Positions 8,512 through 17,425 of a stretch of DNA of 64,000 nt are shown piece after piece. Location: NCBI GenBank assembly GCA_963825845.1, contig CAWGVL010000047.1, forward strand, positions 40,416 through 104,415. Reading direction: 5' to 3'. The first letter of the stretch is position 1. Each line of letters begins with the position of its first letter. Source of the stretch: Bryobacteraceae bacterium. GTDB taxonomy: Bacteria > Acidobacteriota > Terriglobia > Bryobacterales > Bryobacteraceae. The notes beneath the pieces were generated by a model. That model saw only the letters and a list, made by a program, of their open reading frames with translations, was not told the DNA's origin and made no database searches. Both the position numbers and the translations under genes were made by a program.

Positions 8512-9567
8512 TCAGCTAAGACGCTCCGTATCTATATTTCTCAATTCACGCCACTTCAGCCCCTCATGCACCGCCAGCAAAACCCCAATCGGAGCTACAA
8601 ACACGTACATCGTGAGCCAGATCACGATAGCGACTGCTGTCGCTGCCGCGAAGTCAACCCCAAACAGCTCCGTCAGAATAACGACAGATGCAACTTGCAT
8701 TCCCCCGCCGATTCCCGGAATCTGAACTATACTTCCAAACGCGACGAATCCGATGAATACTGCGCTGTCGACGACTGAAAACGTAGACGTTTGCGGAAAC
8801 GACCTCAGCAGGCACCAGGTCGCGCCCACGATAATCGCCCATTCCGCGATACTGTAGGCAAGGATCTGGGCCGTAAACAATCCGCTCCGCGATGCCTGCA
8901 TGCCACCGGCGAAGGAGACGAGGATGTTTTCGATCCGGCCGCGGAAACGCTCGGGAATCGCGGGTAGGGCATCCCGGATTCTGCGCTGGGCAGCCTCCGA
9001 GAAGATGCTGATCATCACCAACACGCCGACGCAAACCAGGCAGAGCACCGCAACCACGACGCCGCCCGTCCGGAGGAGCCACTGCATTCCCGGCCCTAAA
9101 TTCGCCGGATGGATCTGAACCTGGGTCAGCGCAAAACCGAAAATCACCAAAACCAGGAGTAAATCCCAGATGCGTTCCAGTATCCAGATCGCCATTTGTG
9201 CCGAGAACGAAGTACCCTCTCGCGCCGCAATCAGATATGGACGGATCAATTCCCCTGGGCGGCCTAATATCACAATTCCTGTAAATCCGATTACAGTTGC
9301 ACTCAGGATCTTATGGAATCGGGAATGAGGGGCAAAGGGCCGCATCATCACCTGCCAGCGGAGGGCTCGCCCCACGTAAGTCAACAGCACCAGCGCGATC
9401 CCCAGGCTCAACCAACCTGGATGAAGGTGCGTGAACGTTGTCCGAAACCGCTGCCATTCGAAGTCGGACCCGCCGAGCCGCCATAGCAAAAGCGCGATGG
9501 CCAGCAGACCACCTACCACGGCCAATATGATCGTGACCGGTCTGCCGGCCAATCGCTGTGTGCGCAA
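8512..9567 (-). CDS. flippase-like / lysylphosphatidylglycerol-synthase-TM-region (UPF0104) family membrane protein
   Basis: 351-aa polytopic membrane ORF. N-terminal pattern LLWRLGGSDFEWQRFRTTF..LHPGWLSLGIALVLLTYVGRALRWQVMM is typical for this family (from memory). Confidence 0.55.
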   Translation of the reverse strand: MRTQRLAGRPVTIILAVVGGLLAIALLLWRLGGSDFEWQRFRTTFTHLHPGWLSLGIALVLLTYVGRALRWQVMMRPFAPHSRFHKILSATVIGFTGIVILGRPGELIRPYLIAAREGTSFSAQMAIWILERIWDLLLVLVIFGFALTQVQIHPANLGPGMQWLLRTGGVVVAVLCLVCVGVLVMISIFSEAAQRRIRDALPAIPERFRGRIENILVSFAGGMQASRSGLFTAQILAYSIAEWAIIVGATWCLLRSFPQTSTFSVVDSAVFIGFVAFGSIVQIPGIGGGMQVASVVILTELFGVDFAAATAVAIVIWLTMYVFVAPIGVLLAVHEGLKWRELRNIDTERLS

Positions 9568-9602
9568 CCTGTTCTATGATAGGGCCGATACCACAGAAAC
9601 CG

Positions 9603-9631
9603 TGAACTTCCGAGGTAGCTTTCTCGTTCTA
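9603..9631 (+). promoter_or_regulatory. candidate ECF-type (autoregulated) promoter: TGAAC-N17-CGTT
   Basis: TGAAC at 9603-9607 and CGTT at 9625-9628, exactly 17 nt apart, ~40 nt upstream of the ECF sigma ORF. This matches the AAC / CGT hallmark of many ECF promoters. Confidence 0.4.
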
Positions 9632-9668
9632 GCTAACAGGAGTAAGGAAAGGCTGGAGCCGTTGGCGA

Positions 9669-10349
9669 ATGCCTGAGACGGAGAGCGAGATGTCGGCAGC
9701 CGCAATAGTTCAAGCAAGTCCGCGTCAGGACTTGCCTCGGTTCTTCGGCGAAACAAAGGATGCCGGCCAGGACACTCGTACTTTGGATCCTGATTATCCA
9801 TTAGTTGAGCAGTGCCTCAGCGGAAGTGAAGCCGCCTGGGAAGAACTCGTCCGCGTTCACACGCGGCGTGTGTACTCGGTATGTTTCCGGTTTACTGGCG
9901 CGGATTCCGAAGCCCAGGATCTCACTCAGGAGGTCTTCCTCCGCGTTTTCCGTACGCTTAGGAGTTTTCGAACCGGTGAGGGAACTTTCGGAGTCTGGCT
10001 GAACCGGCTCACCCGGAATTTGCTGATCGATCACTACCGCCGGACCAAGCAGGAACGCAGTACCGATTCTATAGAAGAGCAATTGCCCCGAATCGAAGAG
10101 TCGAACGCGATTACTGCCCGGACAGATAGCATGCTCGCCGGACGCGAAGCAAGCGAACTCCTGCAGGGAGCGTTGAAAAAGCTCTCGCCGGAACTACGTG
10201 AAACAGTGATCCTGCGCGACATTGAGGAATTGGAGTACCGGGAGATCGCGCAGGTGTTGCAGGTGCCCGAGGGCACCGTCAAGTCGAGGCTAAACCGGGG
10301 ACGTGCCGAACTGGCGCGGCTCTTGAGGCGCCATCGCGCGACGGTGTAA
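9669..10349 (+). CDS. ECF (RpoE-like) RNA polymerase sigma factor
   Basis: Region 2: AWEELVRVHTRRVYSVCFRFTG..AQDLTQEVFLRVFR..FGVWLNRLTRNLLIDHYR. Region 4: RETVILRDIEELEYREIAQVLQVPEGTVKSRLNRGRAEL. An alternative start is ATG 9690, preceded by GGAG. Confidence 0.85.
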   Translation: MPETESEMSAAAIVQASPRQDLPRFFGETKDAGQDTRTLDPDYPLVEQCLSGSEAAWEELVRVHTRRVYSVCFRFTGADSEAQDLTQEVFLRVFRTLRSFRTGEGTFGVWLNRLTRNLLIDHYRRTKQERSTDSIEEQLPRIEESNAITARTDSMLAGREASELLQGALKKLSPELRETVILRDIEELEYREIAQVLQVPEGTVKSRLNRGRAELARLLRRHRATV

Positions 10350-10356
10350 GGAAACC

Positions 10357-10902
10357 ATGAATTGCACTGATTTCGAGATTCTGCTTTGCGATTACATGGA
10401 CGGGACGCTTGACGAGGCGCGCCGCTCCGAACTCGAAGCCCATCAGCTGGAGTGTGCGTCTTGCGCAGAACTGGCGAAAGATGTGGCGGGCGCTGTTGCA
10501 TTCATCGCCCGAGTCCCTCAGGTTGAGCCGCCGCCCGAACTGCTGGCGAAGATCGCCTTTGACATCCCCCAGGAAAGTAGTCCGAAGCGCGGGCTGAAGG
10601 CGCGGATCTCCGGTTGGCTGCGCCCCGTGGTTCAACCAAGGTTCGCCATGGGCATGGCAATGACGATTCTGTCGTTCTCTATGCTCGGACGGTTTTCAGG
10701 GATTGAAGTAAGAGACTTGAAGCCCTCCGATTTGCAGCCGGCCAAAGTATGGGCTGCCGTCGACGACCGGGCACACCGGGCCTGGGGTCGAGCCGTGAAG
10801 TATTACGAAAATCTGCGCCTGGTCTACGAGGTCCAGTCGCGGCTACAGGAATGGTCCGAACAGGACGAACGGAAAAACCGCGAAGGAACAGAAAAGAAAT
10901 GA
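10357..10902 (+). CDS. anti-sigma factor (zf-HC2 type) with one TM segment
   Basis: MNCTDFEILLCDYMDGTLDEARRSELEAHQLECASCAEL is a putative-zinc-finger anti-sigma N-terminus (H-x3-C-x2-C). It starts 7 nt after the sigma gene. One TM segment: FAMGMAMTILSFSMLG. Confidence 0.7.
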   Translation: MNCTDFEILLCDYMDGTLDEARRSELEAHQLECASCAELAKDVAGAVAFIARVPQVEPPPELLAKIAFDIPQESSPKRGLKARISGWLRPVVQPRFAMGMAMTILSFSMLGRFSGIEVRDLKPSDLQPAKVWAAVDDRAHRAWGRAVKYYENLRLVYEVQSRLQEWSEQDERKNREGTEKK

Positions 10903-11585
10903 ATTGCGCCAATCATCCCGACACGGCTGCGGTCGCTTACTGCAGAGTTTGCGGTAAGCCTCTTTGCCAGGTTTGCCAAAGGCAGGCGCAGGGTACCGTG
11001 TATTGCCAGGAGCATGAGCCTGCGGCCGCTGCAGCGAACCCCTACACAGCGCCGCCGGCCGCGTCGCCGTACGCGGCCCCTTATGCGCCGACTCCCGGAG
11101 CGCCGTCCCCGGGGCTCGCCTTTGTACTCGGCCTCATCCCCGGTGTGGGAGCGATTTACAACGGGCAATACGCCAAAGGTGTAATTCACGTGATCTTACT
11201 CGGCATTCTAATCAGCATCGTCAGTTCCGACTCGGCACACGGATTCGAGCCTTTGTTCGGCATGCTGATTCCTCTCCTGTTCTTTTACATGGCGTTCGAG
11301 GCGTACCACACCGCGGCAAAACGTCTCCGCGGCGAACCCGTCGATGAGTTCTCGAGTATTCTCACGGTTGGCCGCGCGGGACGGGGTTTCCCGATCGGAC
11401 CGATTCTCCTGATTCTCATGGGCGTCGTGTTTCTTCTTGAAACGCTGGATATCGTCCGTCTGTACCAAATTGTCAGATACTGGCCGGTTTTTCTGATCCT
11501 CCTCGGCTGCTACATGCTTTACATTCGGCTGCGCGGTGACGAGCCGGCAATCCCCGCCGAGTCCGAGGTTTCAAATGAACGCTAG
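10899..11585 (+). CDS. membrane protein with N-terminal B-box/zinc-ribbon-like Cys cluster and Pro/Ala-rich linker; function unknown
   Basis: The ATG at 10899 overlaps the upstream TGA (ATGA). CANHPDTAAVAYCRVCGKPLCQVCQ...VYCQEH. Then AANPYTAPPAASPYAAPYAPTPGAP. Then four TM-like segments (GLIPGVGAIYNGQYAKGVIHVILLGILI ...). Confidence 0.6.
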   Translation: MNCANHPDTAAVAYCRVCGKPLCQVCQRQAQGTVYCQEHEPAAAAANPYTAPPAASPYAAPYAPTPGAPSPGLAFVLGLIPGVGAIYNGQYAKGVIHVILLGILISIVSSDSAHGFEPLFGMLIPLLFFYMAFEAYHTAAKRLRGEPVDEFSSILTVGRAGRGFPIGPILLILMGVVFLLETLDIVRLYQIVRYWPVFLILLGCYMLYIRLRGDEPAIPAESEVSNER

Positions 11586-11853
11586 CGCCTGGCAAATCAT
11601 CCGCGCCGTGCGCGGACCCGTTCTGCTCATCACGTTCGGTAGTTTGATGGCCTTGAACCACATGGACACGCTCAGTTTTGAGCGCACTTGGCCGATTCTG
11701 ATCATCGTGTACGGACTTTTCAAGCTGTTGGAGAGAATGATGGCGCGCCCGGTACCTCCGACATGGCCGCAACCGGGGTACACGCCGCCATATCCGCCGT
11801 ATCAAGCGCCACCGCCACCAACAACGCAATACCCTCAAGGAGGCGCCCAATGA
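11575..11853 (+). CDS. small two-TM membrane protein with Pro-rich tail; function unknown
   Basis: ATG 11575, with GAGG 7 nt upstream, overlaps the previous ORF by 11 nt. MNASAWQIIRAVRGPVLLITFGSLMAL...WPILIIVYGLFKLLE, then PPTWPQPGYTPPYPPYQAPPPP. The ORF track offers an alternative start at 11536. Confidence 0.5.
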   Translation: MNASAWQIIRAVRGPVLLITFGSLMALNHMDTLSFERTWPILIIVYGLFKLLERMMARPVPPTWPQPGYTPPYPPYQAPPPPTTQYPQGGAQ

Positions 11854-13274
11854 CCCGCAGTTCTATTGTTGGACCCATCATTCTGATCCTGATCGGGGGG
11901 TTATTTCTCGCGAACAATCTGCGGCCCGATATCCCGATGCTCGAATTCCTGGGTCGGTTCTGGCCGTTCATGCTGATCGCGTGGGGAGCGGTTCGGTTGG
12001 TTGAAATCCTTATCTGGACCTTGCGAGGTAAGCCTCTGCCAGTAAACGGCATCTCAGGAGGCGAATGGTTCCTGGTGATCTTCTTGAGCCTCATCGGAAC
12101 TGGCCTGTATGCCTTCCATACCAGCGTTGGCTGGCCGCCGACCAGAATTCGCATGCACGGCATCGAGATGTTCGGCGAAGCCTTCGACTACACGATCGAA
12201 GAGAAAAAGACTCAGATTGGCAAGAACCGCCGTGTAATCCTTGAAAACCTTCGAGGGAATAGTCGCATCACCGGGGCCGACACCACCGACATCATCGTCT
12301 CCGGGCGCAAAACCGTGCGATCCATGTCGAGGGACTCGGCTGACAACGTGAATCGCAACACTCAACTTGAAGTCATCGAGCAGGCTGACGCGATCGTAAT
12401 CCGCACCAACCAGAACCGCGCTGCGGAAGAGCGGTACGTCACGGCGGACCTCGAGATCACGCTTCCGAAAGGCGTCAACATCCAAGCCCGAGGACGCGAC
12501 GGCGACTTCGAAGTCAACAACTTGCAAGGCAGAGTGGAGATTGATAGCGACCATGCCGGCGTTCGGGTGCAGAACCTCGCCGGCGACCTTCGCGTTAATG
12601 TTCGGCGCAGCGATCTGATCCGAGCCGAAACGGTCCAAGGCACCGTTGAGTTGCAGGGTCGCGGCAACGATGTTGAACTCGAAAACGTTCAGGGCCAGGT
12701 GACAATCGATGGCTCTTGGGGCGGCGAATTGCACTTCCGCAATCTTGCGAAGCCCATTCGGTTCCAGGGAATACAGGCCGAACTTCAGGTTCAGAAAATA
12801 GCGGGCGATCTCCGGCTGGGCCGAGGCTTCGTCAACGGAGATTCCATCACAGGGCCAATAATTCTCCGAGGCCACACGAAAGGCTGTTGCGATGTACGTC
12901 TCACCGACTTCAGTTCGTCTCTCGAAATCGCAGTTCAGCGCGGAGACGTGGAACTCAGGCCTGGCCGGACGTTACCGAAAATGGATGTCGAAGTTCGAAA
13001 CGGCACTGTCGACCTGGCGATACCCGGTGACGCCAAGTTCACCCTCAAAGCCCAAGTAGCTAAAGGTGAAGTTGAGAACGAGTACGGAGATGCTCTGCGA
13101 GTTTCCGACGAAGGTCGCGGCGGCTCGATCACCGGAAATGTGGGAGAAGGTCCGTCGATCGCAATCACGACGGAGCGCGGACATATCGCGATCCGCAAAG
13201 CCGACGATTTTCCCGCAGTAGCGCCACTTACCCCGCAGCCACCTCGATCTCCTTTGCCGCCGAGGTCTGAGTAG
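11850..13274 (+). CDS. membrane-anchored DUF4097-like (putative adhesin / LiaF-C-like beta-repeat) protein
   Basis: ATG 11850 overlaps the upstream TGA, with AAGGAGG 7 nt upstream. Four N-terminal TM segments are followed by a periodic beta-repeat region (GDFEVNNLQGRVEIDSDHAGVRVQNLAGDLRVNVRRSDLIRAETVQGTVELQGRGNDVELENVQGQVTIDG...). Confidence 0.65.
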   Translation: MTRSSIVGPIILILIGGLFLANNLRPDIPMLEFLGRFWPFMLIAWGAVRLVEILIWTLRGKPLPVNGISGGEWFLVIFLSLIGTGLYAFHTSVGWPPTRIRMHGIEMFGEAFDYTIEEKKTQIGKNRRVILENLRGNSRITGADTTDIIVSGRKTVRSMSRDSADNVNRNTQLEVIEQADAIVIRTNQNRAAEERYVTADLEITLPKGVNIQARGRDGDFEVNNLQGRVEIDSDHAGVRVQNLAGDLRVNVRRSDLIRAETVQGTVELQGRGNDVELENVQGQVTIDGSWGGELHFRNLAKPIRFQGIQAELQVQKIAGDLRLGRGFVNGDSITGPIILRGHTKGCCDVRLTDFSSSLEIAVQRGDVELRPGRTLPKMDVEVRNGTVDLAIPGDAKFTLKAQVAKGEVENEYGDALRVSDEGRGGSITGNVGEGPSIAITTERGHIAIRKADDFPAVAPLTPQPPRSPLPPRSE

Positions 13275-13276
13275 GA

Positions 13277-14077
13277 TTGATCGTCGCCATTCTCGGATGT
13301 GGCTACACAGGCGAACGTGTCGCGCACAGAATGCTCCAGCGCGGCGCGCGCGTCATGGGCACATCGCGCCACCCGGATCGCCTCCCGTCGATTCCGGGGT
13401 TAGAGACCATAAAACTGGACGTAAGCGAGCCGTTCTCGCTAGACTTCATTCCCGGCGAAGCCCTGATTCTGCATTCCATTCCGCCACTCGACGACGATAA
13501 TCCCGAATCCATCCCGCAAGCGTTGAGTGACCGGCCCGCGCGGGTCGTTTATCTCTCCTCCACCGGTGTATACGGCGGCCAAAAGGACGTAGATGCATCC
13601 ACATCTCCCTCTCCGAGGCATCCCCGCGAGCAGCAGCGACTCGCAGCCGAAGCCGCGATCAGCGCAGGACCTTGGTCCTCGATGATTCTCCGCCCCGCTG
13701 CAATCTACGGTCCCGGACGCGGAGTCCACGTCAGCATGGAGGAAGGACGTTTTCGCCTCGTGGGCAGCGGCGACAACTTCGTCTCTCGCATCCATGTCGA
13801 CGACCTGGCAGCCCATGTTGAAGCTGCCCTGTTGAGTGGCATCACGGGAGCTTGGCCAGTCGCTGACGACCATCCTTGTACGTCCCAGGAGATCGCGTCA
13901 TACTGCTCCCATCTCCTGAACGTTCCGATGCCGGAAACAATGGATCGAGACCACGCGCACCCGACTCGGCGAGCCGATCGTCGCGTCGATGGACGCGCTG
14001 TTCGCGACAAACTGGGAATCCGTCTCTCATTCCCTTCGTATCGAGAAGGAATACCCGCCAGTTTGAAAAAAGCCTAA
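13277..14077 (+). CDS. NAD(P)-binding Rossmann-fold protein (NAD-dependent epimerase/dehydratase family)
   Basis: TTG start 2 nt after the previous stop. MIVAILGCGYTGERVA is a GxGxxG motif. ...VYLSSTGVYG..., 266 aa. Confidence 0.6.
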   Translation: MIVAILGCGYTGERVAHRMLQRGARVMGTSRHPDRLPSIPGLETIKLDVSEPFSLDFIPGEALILHSIPPLDDDNPESIPQALSDRPARVVYLSSTGVYGGQKDVDASTSPSPRHPREQQRLAAEAAISAGPWSSMILRPAAIYGPGRGVHVSMEEGRFRLVGSGDNFVSRIHVDDLAAHVEAALLSGITGAWPVADDHPCTSQEIASYCSHLLNVPMPETMDRDHAHPTRRADRRVDGRAVRDKLGIRLSFPSYREGIPASLKKA

Positions 14078-14121
14078 AACTTTCCTCAAGTTAGTACCCC
14101 CCCAGCCGAAAAGCTTCACAA

Positions 14122-16362
14122 ATGGCGGTGGAAGTGCTTATCTCTCAGAACGCGCAGCAGTCGGACGCGGCTGCTGTCGCAAGCCAATTGCAAGCTCTGC
14201 AGTTCGCATTCGATTCTTCAGAGCGAAAGGCATTCGAGCAGGCGCTGGAGGCAAGCGAACGTCGGTATAGAGACTTGTTCGACAACGTGCTGACCGGCGT
14301 TTACCGTATTACCGCTGAGGGATCGATCTTACTCGCCAATCCGGCACTCCTGCGCATGCTCGGAGCAACTTCGATTAAGGACGCGCGAATCCGCCGGGTC
14401 GACCCGGGGGCGTATGCCCGCAGCACCGATCGCGAAGGGCACGTCCGTTCCCTGGAAACGAATTGGATCAAGAACGACGGGGAGTATCTCACCGTTCGGG
14501 AAACCGCCCGTTCCGTCAAGGACGCAACGGGATGCGTTCTCTTCTACGAAGGGATAGTCGAAGACATCACCAGCGAGAAGAAGGCGGAGATGTTCGACCG
14601 GGGTTGCCGGCATGTCCTCGAAATGGTCGCCCGCAATGAGCCGCTGAACGATGTACTCGCGCGAATCGCCGCACTGCTGGAGTCACAAGCGCCAGGTAGA
14701 ACCTGCTCCGTCGCGCTTCGCCGCGGGGACCGGCTATATCCGATTCCCAGCTCGAAAGTGGGCGCGAGTTCGTCGCAATCCGGCTTGCCCCTGCGAAAAG
14801 GCTTCGGCTGCTGCGCGGAGGCGGTGGAATCCAAGCAAACGATTGTCGCTCCGAACGTCGAAGCATCCGCGCTATTCTCGAATGTCCGCGAAGTATTTGG
14901 GCTGCTCGGAATTCAGGGCGCGTGGAGCACCCCCATCTGTTCCGACGGCGAGGTGAAAGGGACTATCGCCATGTTCCGGCATGAGACGGGAGTTCCGCAC
15001 AGCCAGGAGCTTGCCCTCACGGAAACAGCGAGCCGGCTGGCGGCTGTAGCGATCGAGCATCGCCGTCTTTACGACAACATGCATCGTCAGGCAACGAGAG
15101 ATCCCTTGACGGGCCTGCCGAATCGCTTCGTTTTCGAGGAGACTCTAGCTGACCGCTTGCTCGACGCTCGGAACTTAGCCCTCCTCTGGATCGATCTCGA
15201 TCGCTTTAAGGAAGTAAACGATTCTCTCGGCCATCGCGTCGGTGACGCGCTGATCAAGGAAGTCGCGGACCGTCTTAGAGACTGCACCGGTGGCTCCGGA
15301 CTCCTCGCCAGAACCGGCGGTGACGAGTTCGCAATCATCCTCCATCCCGTCATGGGCCGAAAGCACGCAGAAGCTTGCGCAATGAGACTCCTTGCCGCGC
15401 TTCAACCCGCGTTCCAGATCGGTGAGTACGAGTTGTTCATCACGGCAAGCATCGGGGTAAGCATGTCGCCCGATGACGCGACGACCGCGGCCGAGTTGCA
15501 GCAGAAAGCCGACGCGGCGATGTATCGCGCCAAAAACAGTGGCAAAAACTGCTATGCGTTCTTCGAAGCCGAGTTGGAGCGTGGAGCGCGCGAGCGGCTG
15601 GAGATCGAAACCCGCCTCCGCCGAGCGCTACAAAACGGCGAGCTTCGACTCTTCTATCAACCGCAAGTCGACCTGCAGGGCCGGCTTGAAGGAATGGAGG
15701 CGCTCCTGCGGTGGCAGCATCCTAAGCGCGGCATGATTGCCCCGACTGAGTTCATCTCGATTGCGGAGGAAACCGGACTTATCGTTCCCATCGGATCGTG
15801 GGTTATCCGCGAAGCATGCCGCCAGTGTGCTGAATGGCATAAAGCCGGCTACAAAAACCTGAAAGTCGCCGTGAACGTCTCAGCGCTCCAGTTTTATTTC
15901 TCTGACCTGCTGGAGATCGTTCGTAATGCATTGAGCACGTACAATCTACCCGCTCAGTGCCTGGAGTTGGAACTCACCGAGAGCCTCATCATGCGCAACT
16001 CTGACGAATCGACCAAAGAATTGCAGCGGCTGCGGGCTTTAGGTCTCACGGTCGCCATCGACGACTTCGGTACCGGATACTCTTCGCTCAGCTATTTGCA
16101 AAAACTACCTGTCGACCTCCTGAAGATCGACAAATCCTTCCTTCAGGACGTGGAGGTGGTCAGCACGTGCGCACTGATCAAAGCGATTACTGCCGTTGCG
16201 CACAGCCTCGGGCTCCGGGTTGCTGCCGAAGGAATAGAAACGCAGGTTCAACTCGATTCCATTCGTGCGATCGGAGTGGATCTGGCGCAAGGATTTCTGT
16301 TTGGGAAGCCGATGTCGAGCGAAGTGGCGACCGGGTATCTAGAATCGGCGCAGCTCATTTAG
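14122..16362 (+). CDS. PAS-GAF-GGDEF-EAL signalling protein (diguanylate cyclase / c-di-GMP phosphodiesterase)
   Basis: PAS: YRDLFDNVLTGVYRITAEGSILLANPA. GGDEF: DPLTGLPNR...RTGGDEFAIIL. EAL: FYQPQVDL..GMEALLRW...ELELTES...IDDFGTGYSSLSYL..LKIDKSF. Both catalytic signatures are present. Confidence 0.9.
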   Translation: MAVEVLISQNAQQSDAAAVASQLQALQFAFDSSERKAFEQALEASERRYRDLFDNVLTGVYRITAEGSILLANPALLRMLGATSIKDARIRRVDPGAYARSTDREGHVRSLETNWIKNDGEYLTVRETARSVKDATGCVLFYEGIVEDITSEKKAEMFDRGCRHVLEMVARNEPLNDVLARIAALLESQAPGRTCSVALRRGDRLYPIPSSKVGASSSQSGLPLRKGFGCCAEAVESKQTIVAPNVEASALFSNVREVFGLLGIQGAWSTPICSDGEVKGTIAMFRHETGVPHSQELALTETASRLAAVAIEHRRLYDNMHRQATRDPLTGLPNRFVFEETLADRLLDARNLALLWIDLDRFKEVNDSLGHRVGDALIKEVADRLRDCTGGSGLLARTGGDEFAIILHPVMGRKHAEACAMRLLAALQPAFQIGEYELFITASIGVSMSPDDATTAAELQQKADAAMYRAKNSGKNCYAFFEAELERGARERLEIETRLRRALQNGELRLFYQPQVDLQGRLEGMEALLRWQHPKRGMIAPTEFISIAEETGLIVPIGSWVIREACRQCAEWHKAGYKNLKVAVNVSALQFYFSDLLEIVRNALSTYNLPAQCLELELTESLIMRNSDESTKELQRLRALGLTVAIDDFGTGYSSLSYLQKLPVDLLKIDKSFLQDVEVVSTCALIKAITAVAHSLGLRVAAEGIETQVQLDSIRAIGVDLAQGFLFGKPMSSEVATGYLESAQLI

Positions 16363-17425
16363 CGCCGACGGGCGTACCATCGCGGATCTCATCCGAAGCT
16401 CGCCGCACGAGAACATCGCCTTCCTGAATGTCAGGACTGATTAACTCGACCAGATCTCCGATGCTCCGGCCTTTGCGGACATCTACCCACTCGGCGCGTC
16501 CGCCCCGAACCCGGACGACAAAGGTGCGCTCCGTCGTGGTCACTACCGCAGTCGGAGGAGCCAGCAAGGAATGCCGGCGCTGACGAACAGGCCAGTCCAC
16601 CTGGGCGTACATCCCGGGAGAAAGCTTGCCATTCGTGTTAATAACGTCCGCCTCCACCGGCATCGTGCGCGTTTTCAGATCGAGAGATCGCGGGATTCGC
16701 GCAATGGTTCCGCGGAAGGATTCCCCCGCGAAGGCCGAGACGGTGAACATCACGGACCCGCCGCGAACGACGCTCCCGGCTTCCGTTTCCGGAACAGGCA
16801 CGATCAAACGAAGCCGCGATACTTGCTCAATGCGGACTAGCCTCTCGCGACCGGGTCCAACGAGCGCCCCCGGATGGACATCTCGTTCCGTCACAACGCC
16901 GTCGAATGGCGCCGTGATCCGAAGATACTTCAGGTTTTCCCGTAGGGGTTCCACAGCCGCGGCAGCGGAACGCTTCGAACTCTCGAGCGCCGCTACTACC
17001 GCGCGGGCGGCAGCAACCGCCTTTTCCGCCGTGATCAGTTCATTCCCGGCGATAGCACCCGCCGTCGCGGACGCCGCGTTCATTCGATCATACGTACTCT
17101 GCGCGGAAGCCAACTTCGCTTCCGCCTCTGCACGCTGCGACTCGATGATCTCGACTTTTGATACAGCTTCAGCAACCTGGGCCTGCATCTCAGGGGCGCT
17201 TAGCTCGGCGATCACCTGTCCTTTCTGAACGGCGGATCCTCGGTCAACGCTGATCTTCTCGAGATAGCCGGTTACCCGCGCATAGATGTCGACCGCTTGA
17301 TAGGGAGCCAGATCTCCAGTCAACTTGACCGAACGCTCCACCGCCTGACTCGTGACCTTAACCGTTTCGACCTGCGCAAATGCGTTGCAAGCCGCGAGCA
17401 CCGCCACTGCGCTAACGAGCTTCAT
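16355..17425 (-). CDS. efflux RND transporter periplasmic adaptor (membrane fusion protein)
   Basis: Start taken at MKLVSAVAVLAACNAFAQ (ATG 17425, GGTGG upstream). The lipoyl/hairpin pattern reads VDIYARVTGYLEKISVDRGSAVQKGQVIAEL...coiled coil...ITAPFDGVVTERDVHPGALV. Confidence 0.85.
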   Translation of the reverse strand: MKLVSAVAVLAACNAFAQVETVKVTSQAVERSVKLTGDLAPYQAVDIYARVTGYLEKISVDRGSAVQKGQVIAELSAPEMQAQVAEAVSKVEIIESQRAEAEAKLASAQSTYDRMNAASATAGAIAGNELITAEKAVAAARAVVAALESSKRSAAAAVEPLRENLKYLRITAPFDGVVTERDVHPGALVGPGRERLVRIEQVSRLRLIVPVPETEAGSVVRGGSVMFTVSAFAGESFRGTIARIPRSLDLKTRTMPVEADVINTNGKLSPGMYAQVDWPVRQRRHSLLAPPTAVVTTTERTFVVRVRGGRAEWVDVRKGRSIGDLVELISPDIQEGDVLVRRASDEIRDGTPVGAK

